Source: Chloroflexota bacterium (GTDB lineage: Bacteria; Chloroflexota; Dehalococcoidia; UBA2979). From it: a stretch of 64,000 bases of DNA. The stretch is from positions 31,526-95,525 of the forward strand of contig PANZ01000010.1 of NCBI GenBank assembly GCA_002707835.1. The letters are read 5' to 3'. Below the pieces are notes generated by a model. That model had not been told where the DNA came from. It saw only the letters and a program-made list of their open reading frames with translations, and made no database searches. Below, one piece after another: positions 1 to 8,536 of this stretch. Made by a program: the position numbers and the translations under genes. How positions within the stretch are numbered: the stretch's first letter is position 1; each line of letters opens with the position of its first letter.

Positions 1-2875
1 ATATCGAAATACACTAAAGATTGCAGAACAAGTTGACATCTCACTTGATTTTGCCCGAACACTTCTTCCCGATTCAGGTGTTCCAGAAAACATCACACCT
101 TATGAATATTTACGTCAATTATGTATGGAGGGTTTGCATCGCAGATATCCCAATCTAACCGAACAGCAAACTCAAAGGTTGGATTATGAATTGAATATTA
201 TTGAACAAACAGGGTTTTCAGAATATATGCTGATTGTTCGAGATTTAGCACTATTTGCCAGGAAGCAAAAGATTCCTATGGGTGTAAGAGGATCCGCAGC
301 AGCGTCAATAGTTTTATATACATTAGATGTAACCGATATAGAGCCGACAGGTTACGGACTTGTTTTTGAAAGATTCTTAAATCCGGAACGTATTTCGATG
401 CCTGATGTGGATTTTGATTTTGCAGATGATCGACGTGAAGAGATCATTCGCTATGCGTCGGAAAGATATGGTAGAGATAAAGTTGCACAGATATGTACTT
501 TTGGAACTCTAGGTGCGAAAGCAGCAATTAGAGATACAGGTCGCGCACTAGGTGTGCCACTAAGTGAAACAGATCGATTAGCTAGGATGATTCCTGAGCA
601 ATTAAATATAACTATTGATAGTGCACTTGAAAAATCCTCAGAATTGGCTGAGATTTATACGAGAGATCCTGCCAGCAAAGAGCTAATCGATACTGCAAGA
701 AGTTTGGAAGGAGTCGCTCGACATGCTTCAACTCATGCAGCCGGTGTAGTTATTTCAAGACAGCCATTGATGGATGTTGTTCCATTGCAACGACCGACTG
801 GCGTTAAAGATCAAGATGCGTTGCCTACAACTCAATATGCTATGGCAGATGTTGAGAAGATTGGATTGCTGAAAGTTGATTTTTTAGGGTTGACCAATCT
901 TACTATTTTAGGAAAAGCGGTAAAGATCATAGCTGAATCAAAGGGCGAAGAAATTGATCTTACTAAATTACCGGATGGTGACAAGCTTACGGCAGAATTG
1001 TTGGCTAGCGCTGAAACGTTTGGTGTTTTTCAAATGGAATCGGCAGGGATGAGACGTTATGTTGCGGAATTACGACCAGAGAATATAGGAGAGCTTGCAG
1101 CTATGGTTGCTTTATTTCGACCTGGCCCTATGGAACATATTCCGCGATACATTGATGTTAAATTCGGAAAAGCAGAAGCACATTATCCACATGAAGATCT
1201 TGCCAATATTTTGGATGAAACAAATGGCGTGATTACATATCAAGATCAAGTTTTACAGATTGCCAGGCAATTCGCTGGATATACATTGGGTCAAGCTGAC
1301 GTTATGCGTAAAGCCATGGGTAAAAAAATTCCTGAAGTAATGCTACAGGAAAGACAGGGGTTTATTGAAGGTTCGATCGCTCAAGGGTATGAAAAGGAAA
1401 CTGCTGAAATACTTTTTGACCTGTTTGAACCATTTGCTGGGTATGCATTTAACAAAGCACATGCTTTTTCATATGCAACAATTGCTTACCAGACTGCCTA
1501 TTTAAAGGCTCATTATCCGTTGGAGTATATGACAGCGGTTTTAATGGCAGCGGGCGGTTCTCAAGATCGATTAGCAATGGCTATAAGAGAATGTAAGAGA
1601 TTAGATATTGAGGTTCTTCCTCCAGATATCAATCGTTCAGAGGCTAATTTTTGCATTGATCAACAACATGGTGGTTTTGGTATTCGTTTTGGCCTGGCGC
1701 AAATTAAGAATGTAGGTGATGCCGGAATTAAGAAGTTAATCGATGAACGTAGGTGCGATGGTGACTTTCTTTCAATAGATGATTTTGTCAGTCGGATTAA
1801 TCCGCGGGATGTTAACAAGAGGGTAATTGAGGCATTAGCAAAATCAGGTGCATTAGATGCGTTTAGTGATCGAGGTAAACTTATTGACGGGATTGATAGG
1901 CTAATACAGGTCGCCCAAGAGCAGTTTAAAATTCGAGAAACGGGACAAACATCGATGTTCGATCTGTTAGAAGATGAACAAACTCTGCAGGCTATTTCTT
2001 TAGATTCTTCTGAGATTGTTGAGCGTCAACTTTTGGTATGGGAGAAGGAATATCTAGGTACATATCTTTCGAATCATCCATTTCAAGAAATCTCCAGTAA
2101 TGTTAATCAATATGTAACTACACAAATGGTAGATATTGATGCATCTAGATCGGGAACTGAAGTTGTGATTGCGGGTTGGGTTACTAATGTACGCTCTCTA
2201 GTAACGAGACAAAATAAACAGTTTGCAATTGTAACGATGGAAGATTTTACAAATAGTATCGACTTAACAGTGTGGCCAGAACTGTATGAAGAGAACCGGG
2301 ATTCGATTGCTACTGATATTGCCTTGGTAGTAAAAGCGAAGATTCGATCACGTGATGGTCGATTGAATGTTGTTGCAGATCGAATTTTCATTTGCCCTGC
2401 AGAATTATCTCTAGAAAACAGAGATCAATTAGAACAATTAAGTATGAAAAACAATAGGAAGAGGGATCACTTTAGTGTAAAAGCAGAGCATACACGGATA
2501 GATAAGGATCCAATTACGCTAAAAGCCATAAAGACTTCTGATGCAGTTGAAACAGGACAGTTTAATGGAGATGGACAACAGAGAAAATTACGTATTGTTG
2601 TTGAAGAAACAACTGATGAAAATGCTGATGTCCGTCGATTAAGAAAACTATGTACAATTTTAGATCCTTACAGTGGTGATCTTCCTGTAGAACTTGTTAT
2701 CCAGCGTCGAGACGGAACAAAAGTGAAATTTACTCGCGGGACAGTGAATGAACGTTCGCTCGATACGATTGTTTCGCAGACTCGCATGCTATTAGGTGTG
2801 TTGGGTATTGTGGAAGAATTTACAGGTCTAGAGTCTGGATTATTTAACAATGGTTTGGCTGCTGCGAGTGGGTAG
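1..2875 (+). CDS. dnaE: DNA polymerase III alpha subunit (DnaE), 5'-truncated by the window edge
   Basis: The frame is open from base 2 with no stop (…IAEQVDISLDFARTLLPDSGVPENITPYEYLRQLCMEGL…), so the gene begins upstream of the window. The translation shows Pol III alpha palm/fingers and C-terminal OB-fold regions (e.g. GLLKVDFLGL, FNKAHAFSYA). Confidence 0.9.
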   Translation, partial: YRNTLKIAEQVDISLDFARTLLPDSGVPENITPYEYLRQLCMEGLHRRYPNLTEQQTQRLDYELNIIEQTGFSEYMLIVRDLALFARKQKIPMGVRGSAAASIVLYTLDVTDIEPTGYGLVFERFLNPERISMPDVDFDFADDRREEIIRYASERYGRDKVAQICTFGTLGAKAAIRDTGRALGVPLSETDRLARMIPEQLNITIDSALEKSSELAEIYTRDPASKELIDTARSLEGVARHASTHAAGVVISRQPLMDVVPLQRPTGVKDQDALPTTQYAMADVEKIGLLKVDFLGLTNLTILGKAVKIIAESKGEEIDLTKLPDGDKLTAELLASAETFGVFQMESAGMRRYVAELRPENIGELAAMVALFRPGPMEHIPRYIDVKFGKAEAHYPHEDLANILDETNGVITYQDQVLQIARQFAGYTLGQADVMRKAMGKKIPEVMLQERQGFIEGSIAQGYEKETAEILFDLFEPFAGYAFNKAHAFSYATIAYQTAYLKAHYPLEYMTAVLMAAGGSQDRLAMAIRECKRLDIEVLPPDINRSEANFCIDQQHGGFGIRFGLAQIKNVGDAGIKKLIDERRCDGDFLSIDDFVSRINPRDVNKRVIEALAKSGALDAFSDRGKLIDGIDRLIQVAQEQFKIRETGQTSMFDLLEDEQTLQAISLDSSEIVERQLLVWEKEYLGTYLSNHPFQEISSNVNQYVTTQMVDIDASRSGTEVVIAGWVTNVRSLVTRQNKQFAIVTMEDFTNSIDLTVWPELYEENRDSIATDIALVVKAKIRSRDGRLNVVADRIFICPAELSLENRDQLEQLSMKNNRKRDHFSVKAEHTRIDKDPITLKAIKTSDAVETGQFNGDGQQRKLRIVVEETTDENADVRRLRKLCTILDPYSGDLPVELVIQRRDGTKVKFTRGTVNERSLDTIVSQTRMLLGVLGIVEEFTGLESGLFNNGLAAASG

Positions 2876-2888
2876 ATTTTTTCCTAGA

Positions 2889-2910
2889 TTGTATAATGAT
2901 TGTATAATGA
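2889..2910 (+). promoter_or_regulatory. Tandem duplicated extended -10-like box (TTGTATAATGA x2) upstream of the MoxR operon
   Basis: Direct tandem repeat ttgtataatga/ttgtataatga sits 35-55 bp upstream of the MoxR ATG. Each copy contains TGnTATAAT. Confidence 0.3.
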
Positions 2911-2944
2911 TAAAAAAAGGGTCATAGTTTGAAAGCTGGACTCT

Positions 2945-3931
2945 ATGAGAGAAGAAATATTCGATCAGACTGATTTTAATGACTCCATGAAAGATCTCGA
3001 GATCATTCGTGAAGGCTTTACTAGTGTAATCTTTGGCCAGAGCCAACTTATAGAACGTGTAATCATTACGTTGTTAACCAACAACCACTGTTTAATTGAA
3101 GGTGTTCCTGGCCTTGCAAAAACGCTGACTGTACAGACATTGGCTAGTGTTTTTGATTTAGAATTTACGCGCGTGCAATTTACTCCAGATTTATTACCTG
3201 CTGATATAACAGGGACTATGATGTATGATCCCGGTCAAGGTCTATTTAATCCACATTTCGGGCCGGTTTTTACAAATATACTTTTGGCTGATGAAATCAA
3301 TCGTGCACCTGCTAAAGTTCACTCTGCCTTATTAGAGGCGATGCAAGAACAGCAAGTTTCTATGGGAGGGCAAAGTTATACTCTTCCGAAGCCATTCATG
3401 GTACTTGCCACACAGAATCCAATTGAGTATGAGGCGACATATGCATTACCTGAGGCTCAATTAGATAGGTTTATGCTTAAAATTGTCATTGACTATCCAA
3501 CACAAGCAGAGGGTCGAGAAATTTTAGATGCTTCATTAAATTATGATTTTCGAATGGTTGAGAGAAAAATTAATATCGATTCTCTAAACAAACTGTGCGA
3601 TATCGTGCGGAAGATCGTTATTGATGAATCGATTAGGGAGTATATATTGCGTATTGTGCATGCATCACGAAATCCTTCAGACTATGGTTTATCGAGCATA
3701 GAACCGATGATTGATTATGGAGCCTCTCCACGCGCTGCTACTTTTTTGGCGAAGGGATCACAGGCCTTGGCTTTCTTAAATGGTAGAGAATATGTAACAC
3801 CAGATGATGTTAAGGCATTGGCTCCAGATGTTTTACGACATCGGTTGGTTACTAGCTATGAGGCAGATGCAGCACAGATCACGGTAGAAGAATTGATTAG
3901 AACACTCCTAGAGCATGTGAATATAGCTTGA
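2945..3931 (+). CDS. MoxR-family AAA+ ATPase
   Basis: Walker A GVPGLAKT is present, together with the MoxR hallmarks FTPDLLPADITG and LADEINRAPAKVHSALLEAMQE. Length is about 320 aa. Confidence 0.85.
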   Translation: MREEIFDQTDFNDSMKDLEIIREGFTSVIFGQSQLIERVIITLLTNNHCLIEGVPGLAKTLTVQTLASVFDLEFTRVQFTPDLLPADITGTMMYDPGQGLFNPHFGPVFTNILLADEINRAPAKVHSALLEAMQEQQVSMGGQSYTLPKPFMVLATQNPIEYEATYALPEAQLDRFMLKIVIDYPTQAEGREILDASLNYDFRMVERKINIDSLNKLCDIVRKIVIDESIREYILRIVHASRNPSDYGLSSIEPMIDYGASPRAATFLAKGSQALAFLNGREYVTPDDVKALAPDVLRHRLVTSYEADAAQITVEELIRTLLEHVNIA

Positions 3932-3944
3932 ATATGAGTGGCAA

Positions 3945-4871
3945 ATGTTAAATTGGCAAAAAGATCATGTACAGACTTCTTTGAATGACTTGGATGAAGA
4001 TTTTATATCTTCACTGAATATCAAGATGAAACAACTAGAGTTACGTTCTCGTAATCTTGCATCATCAACTTTAAGAGGAGATTATCGGGCAAGTTTCCAT
4101 GGGAGTGGTGTCGAGTTTGCAGAATCTAGAGAATATATTTCCGGAGATGATACAAGGTTTATTGACTGGAATGTCACTGCAAGAATGGGCAACACGTGGA
4201 TTAAGCGATACGTGGAGGAAAGAGACCTGACAATTATTTTGGCTGTAGATACCTCAGCTTCTCAATTGGTTGCAGGAAGGCAGAATGGTCGAATTGGTGC
4301 TTCTGCAGAATTGGTGGCATTGATTAGTTTTCTCGCAGTTGAGAATCATGATCGAGTAGGCTTGATGCTCTTTGATAAGGAAGTTAATGAATATATCAAA
4401 CCTCAACATGGTGAAAAACACGCACACAGATTAGTTCGAACAGTGTTAGATCAGAAATATTTTGCCCTAGAGACTTGTATTACAGAAGCATGCGACCGTC
4501 TGACCAATGTACTTAGAAAAAAGTCGATAATTTTTTTGCTGTCAGATTTTACTAATTTAGAAGATCTTGGAAGCTTGCATAGAATGTCAAAACGCCATGA
4601 TGTAATAGCACTAGTCCTTACTGACCCCGTTGATTTTGTATTACCAGAGGTAGGACTTATACAAGTTCAGTCCATAGAAGATGGTTATTCAACCATCATT
4701 GATACCACAGATCCTGTCGTCCGAGAAAGGTATAGATTGCGTGCTAAGAATTTTTCTGAGTTGAGGAGTCAAAAATTTTCGTTGGCAAATGTGGGTGAAG
4801 TCAAAATTGATGTGACGCAAGACTTATTAAATCCGTTGAGTAATTATTTTAAACTGCGATCGGTAAGGTAA
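3945..4871 (+). CDS. DUF58-family protein (MoxR partner, degenerate VWA-like)
   Basis: It lies immediately downstream of MoxR. The motif ILAVDTSASQ (DxSxS-like) is typical of DUF58 proteins. The stop overlaps the next start (TAATG). Confidence 0.7.
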   Translation: MLNWQKDHVQTSLNDLDEDFISSLNIKMKQLELRSRNLASSTLRGDYRASFHGSGVEFAESREYISGDDTRFIDWNVTARMGNTWIKRYVEERDLTIILAVDTSASQLVAGRQNGRIGASAELVALISFLAVENHDRVGLMLFDKEVNEYIKPQHGEKHAHRLVRTVLDQKYFALETCITEACDRLTNVLRKKSIIFLLSDFTNLEDLGSLHRMSKRHDVIALVLTDPVDFVLPEVGLIQVQSIEDGYSTIIDTTDPVVRERYRLRAKNFSELRSQKFSLANVGEVKIDVTQDLLNPLSNYFKLRSVR

Positions 4872-5842
4872 TGAAAAAGCCACATGGTTGGTTGGTAGTG
4901 GCAATGGTAGTTATTTATGGTATTACTTTTAGTAGTATACATGCGCAAGAATATCCAGATTATGACGTTAGTGTTAGAACAAATCCGAACGAAGTTACAG
5001 TTGGAGATTTAATAGACATTACAGTAGAAATTTCACATAAAGAAGATGTTATTTTTACGATAACTGAACCAATTTTACCGTCGGGTATGGATATAGTATC
5101 GAGTGAAGATCAAATTAGTATTTTCGATCGAACGAGTGGAGATTTAGTAATATCGAGTCGGACTTTTAAAGTCGCTTCGTATGTACTCGATCTTCAAGCG
5201 AGTGGATACATTGATTTGTTATGGGTCGATTCAAAATTAGGCACAGGTAAAGTCAGCATAGATCTTCCTCAAATTAATATATATCCAACAAGAAATAAAG
5301 ATGATGGGTCCCTACGTCCATTAGCGCCTTTGTTTAGAGAGGAAGGCTTTTATAGTTTTAATTATCAAGAATTGCTAGCGATTAGTGGATTTTTCCTTTT
5401 GATAGCTTATTTGTTACTTCGTATTAGAAAACGGACAAGTAAAGAAGGTACATTCCCTATACAACACGATGAAGATATTGCAACAAATCGATTAAGTTTA
5501 TTAAGAGGAGTGAGTTTAGACTCTGTAAAAAATTATCGAGAATTTTATCAGTCGATAGATAGAATCATTAGGCAATATATTTCATCAAGATATAACATGC
5601 AGGCATCTTCGTTAACTGTAAAAGAATTAATTGTACTGGGAGATCTTGCCCAGATTGACAAATGGCAACTTCGTTTGATTAGAGATTTACTTAATCGCTG
5701 TGATGAAGTTATTTATGGCAATATTTTGCCTGATCCAATTTTAGCTGACCGTGATCTTACTATTGCATACGAGATTATAGAGTTAAATCGTGGAAGTGTC
5801 TCGGGCGAGATAACGACTAGGGATATCGAACATGAGATTTGA
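4871..5842 (+). CDS. Hypothetical exported/membrane protein of the Bat-like operon (possibly BatD-like)
   Basis: It has an N-terminal signal-like hydrophobic segment, one internal TM segment (LLAISGFFLLIAYLLLRI), and is translationally coupled on both sides. Confidence 0.45.
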   Translation: MKKPHGWLVVAMVVIYGITFSSIHAQEYPDYDVSVRTNPNEVTVGDLIDITVEISHKEDVIFTITEPILPSGMDIVSSEDQISIFDRTSGDLVISSRTFKVASYVLDLQASGYIDLLWVDSKLGTGKVSIDLPQINIYPTRNKDDGSLRPLAPLFREEGFYSFNYQELLAISGFFLLIAYLLLRIRKRTSKEGTFPIQHDEDIATNRLSLLRGVSLDSVKNYREFYQSIDRIIRQYISSRYNMQASSLTVKELIVLGDLAQIDKWQLRLIRDLLNRCDEVIYGNILPDPILADRDLTIAYEIIELNRGSVSGEITTRDIEHEI

Positions 5843-6782
5843 AAACATCGAATTTTTATGGCTTATTCCGATAGCATTCCTTTGTGTATTGTGTATTAGT
5901 TATATTGCTGCACCTCGGCATAACTTATGGATATCAAATGTAGAATTAATTCGAGGAGAGTTTAAATCAAATTGGAGGATACGTTTATGGTGGTTACCCT
6001 CTTTTTTAAAGGGGATAGTCATTTTATTGTTAATTTTTGCGCTGGCACGACCACAATTTGGATTGAAACGGATAGAAATCCCATCGGAGGGAATAGACAT
6101 TGTAATAGCACTGGATGCTTCTAGCTCGATGGACTTAGTTGCAAACAATATAAAAGGTGAATCACGCTTGGAGCAAAGTAAAAATGTTGTGGTTGATTTT
6201 GTCCAAAATTTTGCAGGTAACCGTATTGGATTAATTATTTTTCAGTCACGTACTTTGACTTTATCCCCATTGACCTACGATCATAACGCCCTTCGAAGGC
6301 AAATCGAATCAATAGAAACGGGAATGATCGACGATGGAACGGCCATTGGTCTAGGCATTATGGAGGCTTTGTCATTGCTTAAGAATTCTCCTGCAAAAAG
6401 TCGTGCGATTATTTTGCTGACTGATGGTCAGAATAATGTAGATGTTGTTTTACCAATACAGGCTTCGCGTGTTGCTGAAACTTTGGGAATCAAAGTGTAT
6501 ACAATTGGATTCGTTGGACAAGATTCTGTAAGTGGAATGACGATCGATACACAAATGCTGCACTTGGTCGCAGAGAGAACGGGTGGATTTTTTTACAATG
6601 CGAAGACAGTTGATGAATTGACAGCTGCCTATCAAGATATTTCTAAATTAGAAAAATCGAATTTGGCAGACATTACTTATTCTGTAGAGATGGATATCGC
6701 GCAATATCTTATTTGGTGCGCATTTGCATTAGTGGTGTTTGGATTTGTTTTTAAAAAGTTTTTTCTGCGGGTGTATCCATGA
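5832..6782 (+). CDS. VWA-domain membrane protein (BatA-like)
   Basis: N-terminal TM helices are followed by a VWA MIDAS motif IDIVIALDASSSMD and LLTDGQNN. Confidence 0.75.
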   Translation: MRFENIEFLWLIPIAFLCVLCISYIAAPRHNLWISNVELIRGEFKSNWRIRLWWLPSFLKGIVILLLIFALARPQFGLKRIEIPSEGIDIVIALDASSSMDLVANNIKGESRLEQSKNVVVDFVQNFAGNRIGLIIFQSRTLTLSPLTYDHNALRRQIESIETGMIDDGTAIGLGIMEALSLLKNSPAKSRAIILLTDGQNNVDVVLPIQASRVAETLGIKVYTIGFVGQDSVSGMTIDTQMLHLVAERTGGFFYNAKTVDELTAAYQDISKLEKSNLADITYSVEMDIAQYLIWCAFALVVFGFVFKKFFLRVYP

Positions 6783-8536
6783 ATTTTGATACTCCCATAT
6801 TCTTATTGGCTCTGATCTTACTACTGCCTTTTTATCTGTGGAGTAATCACTTGATTAGGGTTCGCAGGAGATATTTTGATATTGACGGTCAGAACCAGTT
6901 AATACGTTCAAGGTTTATTAATAAAACATATCAAGTAAAAAATTTTCTCTTAGTTTTATGTCTAGCGTTTCTAATAATTTCAATGGCAGGGCCAAGTTGG
7001 GGTAGTGTTGAACGTCCATATAAAAAGCAAGGGATAGATGTTGTGTTTGCGCTTGATATATCACGATCGATGACTGCTACGGATGTGATTCCTTCGAGAT
7101 TAGAAATGAGTGTTTTTGAACTTCAAAAGCTATTGCAACATCTGGAAGGCAATAGAGTGGGTTTGGTCCTTTTTGCAGGTAATGCAATTGAACGTGCACC
7201 TCTAACTTTGGATATCGATGCACTTTCCCAATTAATTGATCAAGCACAATGGGAGTTTCCATTAGTAAAGTCAGGGACTGATTTAGATGATGCTGTTTCA
7301 AAAAGCCTAGCACTATTGAGTGTGGAAGATTCAGCAAGCACACAATCGATAGTAATTATTTCCGATGGAGAAGATATAAAAGGTGTCAATTCTGAATCAA
7401 TTCAACAAGCTAACCTTGCCGGTATCGCTATATATACGGTAGCAGTTGGCACTGAATCAGGTGGCTTCATTCCGAACGATCTTTCAGGGGGAGGTGTCAC
7501 AAAAGTTGATGTTGAAAAGCTTAAAGGGATTGCCGAAATTACAGGAGGTATTTTTTTTCAGGTACAAGATATTGAATCAATAATATATGAATTACACAGA
7601 GGTGAAATTACTGAATTTAAGAACATCAATTATACGATGCCTAATGATATTAGCAGCTGGTTTGTGTGTATTGTTGTTTGCTTATTAGTTATTGATTTGG
7701 GATTAAATCATCGACTGTTTTCTAGTAAAAATCTATTCACATGGGGGATGGCTATTGTAATTATCAGTGTCATTCTTGGTGTGGGATGTAGTGATTCAAA
7801 ATGGTCAAGTAGTGTAAAAGCAGGGAATCAAGAATACCTAGAAGGAAATTTTGATTTAGCTCTTTCTCATTATCTTAATGCTAGAGAACTAGATAACGAA
7901 GATCCATTGTTGGCATATCATTTATCTAATGTATTGCATTATTTAGGAAGAGATGATGAAGCGGCAGTTGTGGCCCAACAAGCTTTACTGAAAACTGATG
8001 ATGTTAGTTTGAAATATTTAATACACTATGCGATGGGTACCTATGCATTTGAAAGAGGGATGCTCGAGAGCGCTCGAGATCATTATATTCGATCTCTACA
8101 GTTACAGCCGACCCATAATTATTCAAAGCAAAATTTGGAATTGGTCTTAAGTTTACTTATGACAAGAGAAATTACACAACAAGAGTTAAGTCAGCCTTCT
8201 GGATCAGAGAACGCAGTGCCACAAAATGAAATTAATACCAATGGAGATCAATTAACTAATGCACAGTCGATTACAACTGCTAATGATATTACTGGGAAGG
8301 ATACGGGAGGATTAAATACAAATACGGAGAAACAAGATCCAGTTGAAGAAAATCAGATTGAAACAGAAGATCTTATATCTGAGGTTCAAAAATCGTTCCA
8401 AAGTGAATTAATTGATGATTCAAATGTTTTAACCAGATTAGAAGCTAATAATCTAGTGCTTTTAATACAAAGATGGAATGAACTTCAAAGAGAAGAGGAG
8501 CTGTCTCAAGAATTATTTAGCATTGATGAAAGGTAA
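6779..8536 (+). CDS. VWA-domain plus TPR-repeat membrane protein (BatB/BatC-like fusion) with an acidic low-complexity tail
   Basis: VWA motifs IDVVFALDISRSMTA and IISDGEDI are present, then a TM helix, then TPR-like repeats (YLEGNFDLALSHYLNA…). The start overlaps the previous gene by 4 bp (ATGA). Confidence 0.7.
   Translation: MNFDTPIFLLALILLLPFYLWSNHLIRVRRRYFDIDGQNQLIRSRFINKTYQVKNFLLVLCLAFLIISMAGPSWGSVERPYKKQGIDVVFALDISRSMTATDVIPSRLEMSVFELQKLLQHLEGNRVGLVLFAGNAIERAPLTLDIDALSQLIDQAQWEFPLVKSGTDLDDAVSKSLALLSVEDSASTQSIVIISDGEDIKGVNSESIQQANLAGIAIYTVAVGTESGGFIPNDLSGGGVTKVDVEKLKGIAEITGGIFFQVQDIESIIYELHRGEITEFKNINYTMPNDISSWFVCIVVCLLVIDLGLNHRLFSSKNLFTWGMAIVIISVILGVGCSDSKWSSSVKAGNQEYLEGNFDLALSHYLNARELDNEDPLLAYHLSNVLHYLGRDDEAAVVAQQALLKTDDVSLKYLIHYAMGTYAFERGMLESARDHYIRSLQLQPTHNYSKQNLELVLSLLMTREITQQELSQPSGSENAVPQNEINTNGDQLTNAQSITTANDITGKDTGGLNTNTEKQDPVEENQIETEDLISEVQKSFQSELIDDSNVLTRLEANNLVLLIQRWNELQREEELSQELFSIDER

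Noticed and set aside
2107-2391. Antisense ORFs listed in the track inside well-supported genes. Examples are 2107-2391 and 2668-2850 in dnaE; 16078-16467 in dnaK; 28724-29155 and 29261-29479 in the AOR gene; 34489-35124 in asd/dapB; 8862-9101 in the TGase gene; and 59986-60315 in groEL.
   Set aside because: Each is fully embedded opposite a gene with strong family motifs and has low-complexity or biased composition (Ser/Pro/Ala runs). These are typical shadow ORFs of AT-rich genomes, with no recognisable motifs or RBS context.
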